From Euglena gracilis (lineage: Eukaryota), in assembly GCA_039621445.1 (NCBI GenBank), contig CP154954.1, positions 41,719,572-41,783,571 of the forward strand: a DNA stretch of 64,000 nucleotides, in the 5' to 3' direction. Of the stretch, positions 24,944-37,800 are shown piece after piece (positions within the stretch are counted from its first letter, which is position 1; every line of letters begins with the position of its first letter). A program made the translations under genes and the position numbers. Below the pieces are notes generated by a model, which ran no database searches, was not told the origin of the DNA, and saw only the letters and a program-made list of their open reading frames with translations.

Positions 24944-26607
24944 CCGCCAAGAGGGAGTTTCTAGCTGGTGGACTGCCTTCAGCTCAGTCCAGTGGACCCC
25001 AGGGGCCTTGGGCAAAGGCCTGGCCCTGAGTAAACCCTTTAGAAGGAGCCGAGACAAGGATTTCAAGTAAGTTTGAAGGAAGACATCAGCAAGCGTGCAT
25101 GCACATGGAGCTGCACACATCACCACCAATGGCGAAAGAGGGTTTCACAAAAGAAAGTGCACGGAACCGTCCCAACAATAAAACAGCAGAACCATTTTGA
25201 GTTCAGGAATTTGTGAAAATGAATCATGAAGACCCGATCTCACAACTGAAAGAGAGAATCTTGCGAAGCAAGGCTTTGGTGCATTGGTGCGAGAGTATAT
25301 CTGAAGGCAGGGCTGACCCCCCTGGGGCTCCCTGCCTGTCAGGCATAACTGTTTTTGAAGGCGAAAAATTTCAAAAATTTAGGTTTTAAGGGTTTTTTTC
25401 GGGCATGGTTGGTTTGCTAAGTTGCCTGCTTGTATTAATGTAAGGGTGCCAAAGCAAAACGACAAATATCAATAAATGCTTTTGTTTTCTCCTCTTTGAG
25501 CTAGAATTGCACAAACAGGTCACCAATTTTGACCAAACCGGGGGGAGGGTGCTTCAGACACCAAATAGGCCCAAATTAAAGCCAAAATGGGGTTTGCAAC
25601 CCAGCTTAAACCCCCAAGACCACTCCCCATGCTAACTCAACTCCTACAACCAACCCAAATCCCAACAGCAATCGTGGGAAGGGTTCAGGCTGCTGGGACT
25701 CCTATGGGTATGACTGGGGGGGGGCACAGGCACTAATGTGAAGCTGTCATTGTTAGGTAATTATTCACATTTCTTCTCATTTTCTTTTCATTTTATTTCA
25801 AATGACATTGTACCTACATGTATTGTATTGTATGCATCTTGAGAATTTTTATGAAGTAATAAGGTGTCTATTTTCCAAGGGCAGTCAAAGAGCTGGTTCT
25901 TTTTTGCTCGATATTCGAAAAATTTTCCGGGGCGTATTTTTTGCGGATTTTTCAGGGTTTTTTTCAGGTTTTCAAGGCGCCTTGAAAAAATAATGCCTGC
26001 TGCCTGTTGGGAGCAAATTCTGGATGACCCCCAACTCGGAGGGGCACAACCTTCGGCTCAGTGCGGCCCCATTGGGAAGGAGGGGGCTCTTCCCCGCGGT
26101 GTTCCCCCCAGGGCCCCCCATGGGCCGCTGCGGCGTCGCAGCGCTCCTGGCGGCCCTCCTTTCGGTGCTCTTCTGCCCCGGGGCCTCGGGGGCAGCCGTC
26201 TGTTTCAGGAAGGCACGCCCCCCCAAGGCTTGACTTGGGTGGCATGAGAAGGGAGGGGGACAGGCAGGGTTGATCCCCCTTTCAAGGAGGGCCAGCTTTT
26301 CGGGCTTTGGAGGTTATTGTGGTGCAGTGTACCCCTGGCTCCCTGCACCCACCAACGGTTAGATTGCCAAACTAAATTTTGCTTTCCGTTTTTACCGCCC
26401 GTAGATCGCGTTGGTATGGGTGGTGCACACAGACACGCTTTTCCCCGCCACAGTTATCGGCCCGATCAGTTTCCTGGATTTAACTAAAGAAGCAGCCCCC
26501 TTTTCAGTCCCTTTGATATCGGTGTCATTTTTCACCCCGGTTTTCATATTGTTTTTCCACTCTGTGGTGGCGCAGGGTGCTTGAGAAGGTCCATTCTCAT
26601 GGGAAAT

Positions 26608-26673
26608 ATGGTGTGTGGCTCTGGCCAGCCATGACCAACCATGGTGTGTGGCTCTGGCCAGCCATGACCAACC
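26608..26673 (+). repeat. Perfect 33-bp tandem duplication
   Basis: atggtgtgtggctctggccagccatgaccaacc x2. Confidence 0.95.
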
Positions 26674-26727
26674 CCGAAACCATCCCCGAAGGCAGGCACC
26701 CCGTAATGCGAGGGTGACACTCCCCAG

Positions 26728-29272
26728 CTGGGAAACAGAAGCCTGCTCGGGGGTGGGCGACGACTGCCTGGCGACCCGGCGGGTGGTGGTGTTCGGGGAC
26801 TCGCTGAGCAGTATCGACGGGGCGGGTGTATTCGGTGGCCCGGAAGAGCAATGGCAAGTTGTGGGCCAGGGAGACCCGGGGGTGGGTGGAGGGCGTCCTT
26901 GTGGGTCTGCCAGCGGCCTGGGGACATGAATGTGTGCACGTTTCTGCTCTTCCGCAACGTATGTTCCCAAAGGTTTGGATGGTGGTAATGTCGTGCTCAC
27001 ACCGTAAGAGCCAGGGCTGCCTGGTTGCCGGAGTTTTTTCTACGAATGACCACAACACGCTGAAGACATCTGACTAAAAGTGGAAAATCTGATATTCCGC
27101 ATCATTTTCTTTTCCCCCCTCGGAATAGCACTGGAAAGTTTGGTTCCTATGCCCCAAGCCTGAGAAGATTTTTCTGGCAACCTCTGCCAATGGTGGTCTG
27201 TTGACTCCAGCTGGTTTACATTTTCCCGGGTGTGTCGTCCAAACTTCCTTTTTGAGAAAGAACAATGATCGGTCAAAAAAAAGAAAAAGAGGCATTCCCT
27301 CCAACCTTGACCCTTGTTTGTTTGTGGTAATTTTAAAGAGCAAACAAATAAAATCAATGAAATCAATAAAATAAAATAAATAAAACACGCTTGAGTTCTG
27401 CATCCAGCTCAGGGGTGTGAGACACTTTTTTGGGGAGGGTTGGGTCAGCCCCGCACCGCTGGGGCGTCGGGGCTCCCTGCCACCGGTGGAGTACGCCGAC
27501 CTGCCCATGCTGACGGACCTCGCCCTGGCCGGGGCCACCGCCACCGTGCAGTGCGCAGGGTGGGTCTTCAGGTTTTTATTATTATTGATGGCCGCCCTTG
27601 CGGACCACCCTTGAGGACCGCCCTCGAAAGCCGGCCAACAGCTGGTGTGGGGCCCGAACGGGGTCGAAAACGAAAAGAAAAAGTGAAAAAAAATTTTCTT
27701 TTGGATGGGCGATGGCACGAAGATGCGATAAACCAACCCTGTTGTCGACCTGCTTTCGCCGAGGAAAGGTCGATTTCCCCGCCGCTTTGGAATGTGCTGA
27801 AACAGGGGTTTCCCTCGCCAAGGATCACCCTGGCCGCACGCCTCCGCCGCCATCTCCGCCACGCCACGGCGCCGCTCAGGCACAGCCCTTGGGCTGGGAC
27901 CGACCCCCTCCCCCTCCCTCCGCCGACCCGTTGGCTGCGGCTTCAGCGGATCATGCCAGGCCCTCCTGCCCGAGAACACGGCCGTGTCCCTGTCAGCTGC
28001 TTCACCACCGCTCTTTTTTTCCTGGTGCCGGGTCAGTACTGCCCAGCTCTGGGTGAGGTGTCTGCTGGGCCCCCCCCTCCACCGCGATGTGCCGTCAGCC
28101 GCGCCGTCCCCAACCCCCGCCGAGCCCTCTCCGGCCAGCATGCAGCAGTACCTGTCTGCCAGCCCCCCCGGACTTGAACTCCAGTCACCCCGCCTCTTTC
28201 ACCGCCTGCCCCGGGACAGCTGGGGCTGTAACCTGGCACCTCGAGGCGGGGGGGGGGGGGGGGGGGAGGCGAAAAAAAGTTGGTTCCGGTCTCCTGGCAC
28301 CCTGCGGGTTATTTGGGGTGATTGCAATTCCTCTCTTCCCATTGGGCATCCCACTTCTGGTATTGTGCGCCGGTCTGCCCACAGGTGTGTAACTTGGACC
28401 GCCATGGGTTGGATTTGGGCATTTGGTGCCGTGCCACCCAACCACCCAGCGACCGGTCAGGTCGCAGTCCTGGGGGGAGGGTCAGATTTCAAGTTAATAC
28501 GATGAGGCTATGCTCAAGAATTTTCAAGGGCTTAGGGAAAATTCTAAAGTTGATCGTATAAGCTCCCCTCCCCCCGGTTTCACTAAGGTGACAAAAATTG
28601 CGGTGGGGTTTTATTGGACAGCGGTCTCCAAAAAAGGCCGCATTCCACTCATGGCTGCGAACAGGGGTGTTTGTTGGAACAACCAGGGTGTTTGTTGGGC
28701 GCGGGGTGTACGCACTCATTCAATTAGAAGTTCCCCACAACCTCACGGAGGAACAGCCTTGCATTGCATGCGAAATGACATCTTTTACGTCAGTCCATTC
28801 ATCCCATGGCCTTCAGAATTCCATCCTGGTCACACTCCAGTCGCTGTCAGTAATGTGCAATCCAAAGACGAGGAACGTTGACGACCTTGCACCTTCCCGA
28901 CCCTGTCTGGTCCAGGGGTCAACCCTTATGAGGTCAAAGTTGGGCAGGATTTTTTGGGCCACAATTTTCGCCAAAACAGTGTCCCAAAAGCACATGTCGG
29001 TCAATTTTGGATTTGGCGGGGGTCAGGCTTGTTCACTTGGCCCTGCAACCTTTCAGGAAAGGGTTTCCTCCCCACTAAACTGAGGGGGTGAGTCCAGCGA
29101 AAGGCGTGGGTGCGGCCAGCTGCTTCGTCGTCTTCATCGGGCAGAACGACATCAGCTACACCGCGGGGCAGCTGCTCAAGAGCAACTCCGACGCAGCCGT
29201 CATCATCGTGAACATCCTCACGGACATCGTGGGGGCGGTGGCCCGGCTGGCGGCGCGGGGGTGTGCGCCGCC
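26728..29272 (+). CDS. GDSL/SGNH hydrolase 5' half (blocks I-III), frameshifted as assembled
   Basis: Spacer exon RVVVFGDSLS (GDSL at 26795-26806), then after a 1-nt shift TGRVYSVARKSNGKLWA (RxSNGxxW motif). Exon 27449-27559 DLALAGATAT. Exon 29098-~29272 FVVFIGQNDI. Block V DxxH not found. Confidence 0.8.
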
Positions 29273-31431
29273 CCAACACGCAAAAGGCCCACCGCGCCGT
29301 GCGAGATGGGCCGCCACCCAACTTCACTGGTTGCCCATCTCGCACTTAAGCTTTTTTTGGTCGATGTGCGCATTTTCGCACATCGACCAAATTTTGATTT
29401 GGGCGCCGGCATAACAAGGGGCGAGAACGAGAGGGAGCAAGATTGGACAAAATACGGGCGATTTCTCATTTTTGGGCACCGGCTCTCCGGGGAATTGCAT
29501 ATTTTTTTGCCGTTTTTTTTTTTTGAAGTCGGAATTGCGCGAAGACCCCCGGACCTATCCCCCCAAAGTGAAGAAACACCGACGAAAACACCAAAACCCC
29601 GGTACTGCAACCCCCCATTTTGTGCGATGCGGCTCTGCTCGCCGGTTGTTGGTGGCCCTGGCTGGCTCTCTCTGGGGGTTTTGGCGCACTGTTTTGTTTT
29701 TGCAAGCCTCGGTCTTGTGTTCTTGGATGTTTGCCGGAGGGCGGGGAACAAGGATGGGGGGGGTTAGGGTGGGTCTAATCGCGTCACTGGACAGGGACAC
29801 AGAAAGGAAGGTGTGCCTGGGGAAGGTTGCCTGGGGATTTTGCAGGTGAAGGGAAAGTGGTTTTAAGGGGAGGGAAGGGTCGCACGTCCTCACCGAACTT
29901 ACAGTGGGGATATGTCCCGCCAAATTGTGTCGTGATGAAACGGGAGAGGGTATCACACAAATTTCAATGGAGTGATATATTACAGCCATATTTAGAAAAG
30001 GAATAATGTCGATGTGCGCAATTTCGCACATCGACCATTCAATGGTTCCCCTGAAGAACGACCATAAACACCACAGAATTCGTTTTGCTGAATGCGGTGC
30101 GACAAATACCAATGAGTTTGGGACAGAAGATGGGGTCGCTTTGTGCAAATGCGCACACCGTCAATGTGTGCGCATTTGCGCAAACCGACCCCATGTGTAT
30201 TTGTGAAAGGGATGCGAACAAGTATCATGGCACATAAACAGGCCTCGCTGCCTTGAGTCTTTTGACACAACAATAGCTGGAAGGGCCTACGACGATTGCT
30301 CTGAAAACAGACAGAAATGCAATGAAAAAAACATATGTACCAAGTACCAGGTCGGAATGAAAAAAGTGGTCGGTTTGCGCAAATGCGCACATGGTCGGCG
30401 TGACACATTTTCACAAACCGACCACGGGCATAAAGATGGACGTCGTCGGAGTGCAAAATGGTGACACCACGATGTGCACACCGACCACGATAGCAAAATT
30501 TCGGACAACACATCAAACACGACCCCAGACATCACCAGCAGTGGCTGCTTCGGTGTGCAATTTCAGCTGCCACACACCTCCACCACGAGCTTTTTTCAGG
30601 GCCGATTCTTGCCCAGTGACAGGTCCAGGTCCATTTGGAGACTGCAGACCTCTAGTAGATGGTCCGCCGCTGGCACGTCGTGGCACACGTGTAACGGCGC
30701 CGCTTGGGCAAGGGGTGGCCCTCGAAAACCCCCACCACTTGCCCCATGGCTTGTGTTTTGCTGCAAAAGTCACATCAGGTGATGATAGGTGGTTGCATTT
30801 AAGCATCCACAAGGCTGTCATTAACCCCCCTGGTTCATCCCCCACAACCGGGACGGGGGGCGGGCATGCTGCGGGTCGATGGAAACAATAGTAAATGGGA
30901 GCGTCTTAAATGTGGCCACAAAGCTCACTGTTTTGGAGGGAGAGAATATTTAATGTTTACACCTGGTTGAGTTGCGTGAAAGTATTGGGCCTCGGCACCC
31001 TGATGTTGTGTACAAAAACTGGTGTGCTGCATGTTTTCTGAGGGAAAAACGAGGCATCCGTGTGGTAAGAATGGAAAAACAATTCCCGGCCGAGGCATCA
31101 GGAAGATTACACATGCGTAATTTTGCAATTTTGGAAGTCGTTATTTTTGATGAAAGTGTCCAGCAATCACGGGGGGTTGCGCGCCATCAATTCCTCCTGC
31201 GCAACTTCCAAACTGATGACGTGAAAACGATTGGTTGTGCGGGTTGGAAATAAGACATTGAAACCTGCCTATGGAGCAGACAAACTTTTTCCTGTCATAG
31301 AGCGTGTTCTTTACATTTCGCTTTACCAAAAACCAGATTTCGTCACCACACTTCAAAAGTTTGTCGTCCACAATGGTCGGTATGTGCAAACGTGCACATC
31401 AACTGTTAAGGACGAAGAGCACACCATAATA

Positions 31432-31854
31432 CGGAGGTAAAACAAAGGTAACCCCCCCAAATATAAAGCCCCCCCAGGGGGTTTGGTTTTGCCGCCTAAA
31501 TGTAAAGCCCCCCCTGACGTGGAGCCAGACGCTGGTGTCATTCAAGAAAAAGTTTGAATTTTTGTGTGGATACAATATTTTCCTCTCCAGAGATGCTGCA
31601 TTTGGGATAAGAATTGCACATTTCTGCGAAAAATTGGAGGTACACAACGAAAATATGGCATAAAATTGGTATTTGGCCACAATCGAAGGCCGTTGAAGGT
31701 CATAGAGGCCACCCAAAAAGTTTGATACCCCCCCCAATAAAAACCCCCCCCAAATATGAAGCCCCCCCTGGGACTATTGAAATCCTGTCCAAATGTAAAC
31801 CCCCCCCCCCCCCGGCTTTATATTTGGTGGGGGGTTTATATTTATTAGCCACCG
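31432..31854. mobile_element. Duplicate of the 7140-7561 MITE
   Basis: Same TIRs and internal repeats. Confidence 0.6.
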
Positions 31855-34800
31855 TTCTTTGTCGCACATTGCAAACAGCACCCCTTCAAAACCCTTGCCC
31901 GAACCTTTTCTTCCAGAGCCAAGAAAAGGCAGGTGTTGTGTTTCATGTGGCAATATAAAAAATGTGGAGGATATTTCACAAATTCCAGCCCCGGATCCCC
32001 CCTCCCCCCCTATCCCCCCCAGAGGGGTCCAGCCAGCAGCTCATTTCCAGCCAGCAGCCTTTTTGCCAGCTGGACCCCCCCCCGGGGGTCCTTAAGAAAA
32101 CCCCTGTGGGGTCACTATTCGGAACGTTGGTGGAAAACCGGGTGAGCTTCTATTCGCGGGGGGTGGGGCACTATTCGGGGGGGGGGGGCTTCTATTCAGG
32201 GGGGTTTATGGCGGGTTGCACTGCAGCCATTCCAAGATCCGCAAGCTGGGGGGGACGCCAGAAGCAACTATTCAACAATCAACAGGAGCAAAAAAAGAAG
32301 GTTAGCTACTAGCGCCAACGGCCGCAAATGCATTCTGCACAAAGCCATTTGCAAACAACCACATGTGCATCTGTTGCACCCTTCGCAATGGATGCCAAAC
32401 CACAACGTTTCCTAAAAAGTTGGAGCAAATCACCACCCATCAAGCAGCTGGGCATGGTGATGGGTTGAAATCATCTGTCTTGTCTGAAGATTTATCGAAT
32501 GAGCTGTTTCCACATATTTCTTTCTGCAATTTCTGAGCCCTCCCCCCAATGGTATCTCTCATCTTTTGCCATCGTGTGGGCTGTTCTGGGCTGTTCTGTG
32601 ACGTGCTGTGGTGTACGTTATGTGTTATGTGCCCCTCTGCCAGGCTTCTGCTTAAGGGTTTGCGGTGCCCCCTGGTGGGGGGCTCGACCCACAAGTCCAA
32701 ATTTGGCTGGTGGAAATCCCAGTGGATCCCGAGTCATGGCACAAAGTGGGGCCCCTCCATACCCCCCCCCATACCCCATACCCCCCCCCCCCATACCCCC
32801 CCATACCCCCACACCCCATACCCCCCCATACCCCCCATACCCCCCCCCCCATACCCCCCCATACCCCAAAATTTTTTTTTTTTTTTGCCGAAGCGTTTTT
32901 TTTTTGGGCTCCTGCACCCTTTTGTGGTCAAATCACGCGACGTATGCAACTGTTCGAGTGCCCGGGGGGGGGGGGCTCCCGCCCCCCCCCCCGACCCCCC
33001 CCGGCAAAAAAAAATAACCTCATCCTTGTCTACCGATCTGTTTTTGTGGTCAAATCGCGCTTTGTGGTCAAATCGCGCGATGTATGCAACTGTTCGAGTG
33101 CCCGGGGGGGGCTCCCGCCCCCCCCCCGGACCCCCCCCCGGCAAAAAAAAATAACCTCATCCTTGTCTACCTATCTGTTTTTGTGGCCAAATCGCGCTTT
33201 GTGGTCAAATCGCGCGATGTATGCAACTGTTCGAGTGCCGGGGGGGGGGGTCCCGCCCCCCCGGACCCCCCCCCCCGGCAAAAAAAAATAACCTCATCCT
33301 TGTCTACCGATCTTTTTTTGTGGCCAAATCGCGCTTTGTGTTCATATCTAGCGATGTATGCAACTGTTCGTGTGCCCGGGGGGAGCTGCCCCTCCCCCCC
33401 CCAGACCACCCCGGCAAAAAAATAAAACCTCATCCTAGTCTACCGATCGTGTTTTGTGGCCAAATCGAGGTTTGTGGTCAAATCGCGCGACTTGTGCAAC
33501 TGTTACAGGGGCCATAAACCTCATCAACAACCCCTCCAACCCCTTCCCCCATACCCCCCCATACCCCCATACCCCCCCCATACCCCCCCATACCCCCCCC
33601 ATACCCCCCCATACCAGGGTGTGACGTAGAGCTGAGCTCTTTGGGAGACCACCCCGGCGGCCCGGCCGGCGGCCCGGCGGCCCGGCGGCCCGGCCCGGCA
33701 GCCCGGCACGGCCGGCGGCCCGGCGGCCCGGAGGCCCGGCCCGGCCGGCGGCCCGGCTGCCCGGTCCGGCCCAGGAAAAAACGGTCATTTTCGGTTCAAA
33801 AACAGGTTTTTCGGTGCTGGGAGGCCAGGCCTAAAGACATCGTTTTTGGCAAATAAAAATAATAAAAATTTTCGATTTTTTCGACTTTTTTGGCCCAGTT
33901 TGATTCAAAGTCAATGGGTGGGCGGCCCAAAACGGCGCGCTGGCGGGTCGAAAAACGCTCATTTTCGGCTCAAAAACAGGTTTTACGGGTCCTGGAGGCC
34001 CAAAAACATTGTTCTGGGCCAAAAAAAAATTTCGATTTTTTCGACTTTTTTGACCCAGTTTTGACCTAAAGTCAATGGGTTGGCGGCCCAAAACGGGGCG
34101 CTGGCGGGTGGAAAAACGCTCATTTTTGGCTCGAAAACACTTTTTTCGGGTCCGGGAGGTCAAAAATCATGGTTTTAAGCAAAAAAAAAAATTTCAATTT
34201 TTTTCGACTTTTTGACCCAAAAATGGCTAAGTCCACCGGCCAGGGGCGGGCCCCAGCCAGAGGGGGGCAGAGGGGGGGGGGGTCCGGGTCGGAAAATTTT
34301 TTTTCACTCAAAAACACTTTTTTTGATGTTCTGAAGTGAAAAAAGGTGTTTTTGAGCGAAAAAAAATTTTTCAAAATTTTGGGTCCCGACCTGCCACCCG
34401 ACCCCCCCTCGCCCAGCCGCCTTCGGACCCCTGCAGGGGCCCCCAAACATCCAAAACTGGCCCAAAGTCGCGCAGCCAGACCCCGGGAACCCCAAAAAAC
34501 GGTCAAAACCCCCCCTTAAACCTAATGATTGACCCCCTGGTTTGGGTCCCAACTCCCCGTCTAGCCCGAGATACGGCCAATTTACGGTTTCGGGCCCCGA
34601 ATGGGCCCGAAATGGCCAAAACTGGCCAAACTGGCCCAAAACCCCAAAACGGCCGTATCTCGGGCTAGGCGAGGAGTTGGCCCATACCGCGCATACCGAT
34701 CGATCGGGCGTCCCAAAGTTGTGGAATGACGTCCTCTTTAATTTTTCTCAACTCCGCAGCGTTTTCGAGATATTTCGAATTTTTCGATTTTTTGACCCCA

Positions 34801-37800
34801 AAATGACCCTGCAATTTCCCGGAAAAAAAACGGTAGACAACTTTTTTGCTCGGCCTAAATCTCCAGACTGGCGGGGAGTTGCGGGTAACCCAAGGGCTCT
34901 GGAGAAACTAGGGACCCTCTCCTAACCTATAGGCTATTCACTTTGGGGGCCCGGAAATCCAATCACATCGATAATCCTCGGGTGGCCGGACCTACTCAGG
35001 GGGGGGGGGGGGCGGGGGGCGGGGGGGCGGGGGGGGTCAGGGGGGGGGGTTTCGGGGGGGTGGTAAGCTTCGCTCTTACTCTAAAGAGATAAGAGCTCAG
35101 CGACCAGGGTGTGACGTAGAGCTGAGCTCTTTGGGAGACCACCGCAGCCCGGCCCGGCGCCCGGCGCGGCCCGGCCCGGCCGGCGGCCCGGCGGCACGGC
35201 GGCCCGGCAGCCCGGCGGCCCGGCCGGCTGGCGGGTCGAAATACGCTCATTTTCGGCTCAAAAACAGGTTTTACGTGTCCTGGAGGCCAAAAAACATTGT
35301 TCTGGGCAAAACAAAATTTTTCGATTTTTTCGACTTTTTTGGCCCGGTTTTGACCCAAAGTCAATGAGTTGGTGGCCAAAATGGGGCACTGACGGTGGAA
35401 AAACGCCCATTTTCGGCTCAAAAACAGTTTTTCCGGGTCAGGGAGGTCAAAAAACATGATTTTGGGGCAAAAAATTTTTTTCGATTTTTTTCGACTTTTT
35501 TGGCCCGGTTTTGACCCAAAGTCAATGGGTTGGCGGCCCAAAACGAGGCGCTGGCGGGTCGAAAAACGCTCATTTTTGGCTCGAAAACACTTTTTTCGGC
35601 TCCGGGAGGTCAAACACATGTTTTTGGGCCAAAAAATTTTTTTTGAATTTTTTCGACTTTTTGACCCATAAATGGCTATCCACCGGCCAGGGGGGGGGGC
35701 AGGCCACAGCCACGGGGGGCATGGGGGGGGGTCCGGGTCGGAAAATTTTTTTCGCTCAAAAACACTTTTTTTGATGTTCTGAAGTGAAAAAAAGTGTCAA
35801 TTTTCAAATTTTTGGGTCCCAACCAGCCAACCCGACCCCCCTCGCCCAGCCGCCCTCACAGCGCCTGCAGGGGTCCCCGAATACCCAAAACTGGCCCAAA
35901 ATCGCGCAACCAGACCCCGGGAACCCCAAAAAACGGTCAAACCCCCCCCCCCTAAACCTAATGTTTGACCCCCTGGTTTGGGTTCCAACTCCTCGTCTAG
36001 CCCGAGATATGGGCAATTTACGGTTTCTGGCCCCGAATGGGCCCGAAATGGCCAAAGCTGGCCAAACTGGCCCAAAACCCCAAAACGGCCGTATCTCGGG
36101 CTACGCGAAGAGTTGGCCCAAACCGCGCATACCGATCGATCGGGCGTCCCAAAGTTGTGGAATGACGTCCTCTTTAATTTTTCTTAACTCAGCAGCGTTT
36201 TCGAGATATTTTGAATTTTTCGATTTTTTGACCCCAAAATGACCCTGCAATTTCCACGGAAAAAAAAACGGTAGACAACTTTTTTGCTCGGGCCATATCT
36301 CCGGACTGGTGGGGAGTTGCAGGTAACCCAAGGGCTCTAGAGATACTAGGGACCCTCTCCTAACCTATAGGCTATTCACTTTGTGGGCCCGGAAATCCAA
36401 TCACATCGATAATCCACGGGGGCCATTGCCTACCCAGGGGGGGGGGCGGGGGGGCGGCCGGGGGGGCGCGGGGGGGGGGGGGGGGGCGGGGGGGATTTGG
36501 ATTTGGATTTGTTGTGCCCCGCGTTGTTGCGCAGTGCCTCCAGCCGTGGGCGTACACAAGCACCACTCTGGAGGGCACCCCCGGAGCCCGGGCATTGCAA
36601 TTTGATTTGGGAGTTTGGGATTTGGTTGGGGGTTCGCCTGTGGGGGTGTGTGGGGTTTGGTGTCCAGGGGGCAAATAGAGTGAGGCCGGGATGGTATGAT
36701 GGGGGGATGAGGGCGTGCAAGCTGGGGGGCAGAGGCTGGGGGAATGAGTGGGAATGGGGGGCACAAATCGGAATGATGTGATGTTCCCACCGGACCGGGG
36801 CCCTCCTCCCGAGGGTCGGTCAGGGTAGAGGGTGGGGAACGCAGAAAAAAAAAAAAAAAAAAATAGACCAAGCTGGGTGCACCCTGGTCGCCGTACCCCC
36901 GGGGTGATATGGGGTCCACTCCTCTCCTTCGCCACAGAGAGGCTGTGCTCCGTCACGGAGGGGGGGGGGTTGATCCCCGCTACCTCGAACCTGAGGGGGG
37001 GCCGAAAATTCTTCTTTCATGGACGGGCAAAGGGCCGGAAATCGGCGTTTGATTGCGTTTATCCCAAATTTCGAACAACAGGACCAACACGGGGTGGTTG
37101 TGGTAATCTACAATTCGGTGGGTGGGAGGCCATGGGTTGGTTAGGATGTTCCAGAAGTTGGGGGCGGAACACTGGGGTGGGAGGTCAGGCAGTCGGCGTG
37201 TAGAACACCCCGGGGAGGGATTGAAATTGTATGGAAGTTTGGCGGGTGGAAGTTCAGCGGGTTGGACACCGCCAGGCGGTTGGGGTTATTCCGAGGTTCG
37301 GTGGTTACAACACCACGGGTGGTTGAGGGAGGCCTGGTAAAGCAGGGGGTTGGATGTCACAGGGTGTTCGAGGTGGTCCGGAAGCTCTGAGGGCACAGGG
37401 TGATTAGGGTTATGTGGAAGCTCGGTAGGTGGGTTTACGCGGGAGTTGGAAGGGTAGCACACCATGGTGGGCCATCAGGCTGAGTAACTGAGAAAGTTGA
37501 TGGGTCACCCGGAAATTTATGGGGTAAAGCACCGCATTGATTATGTCCGGAAAGATGGTGGGTAGGATGGGATGGTCCGGCAGCTGATTTTGAACACCAC
37601 GTGAGGTGGTTGGTGTGCAGTACACCATGGTTGTGGGGTTATCCAGGAGTTTGGTAATGGGGTGGGAGAGACACCAGGGGAGAGTTCTGGTTATGCAGAA
37701 GTTTATGGTCCATTGAGTTTCCAGAGGTGAGATGTGTGGAAGGCCACGGGGGGGGGGGGGCCCAGGTTTCAGCGGGTCGAACACCATGGGTTGGTCGGGA

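Larger units (their letters stand above)
2416..26433 (+). repeat. Segmental duplication, copy 1 (~24.0 kb)
   Basis: Colinear near-identity to 27421-50757, from gacacttttttgggg to ggtggtgcacacaga; the ORF track repeats at an offset of ~24.3-25.0 kb. Confidence 0.98.

Noticed and set aside
25864-25874. gtgtctatttt resembles part of the Euglena spliced leader
   Set aside because: Only 11 nt match; the 5' part and the following donor are absent
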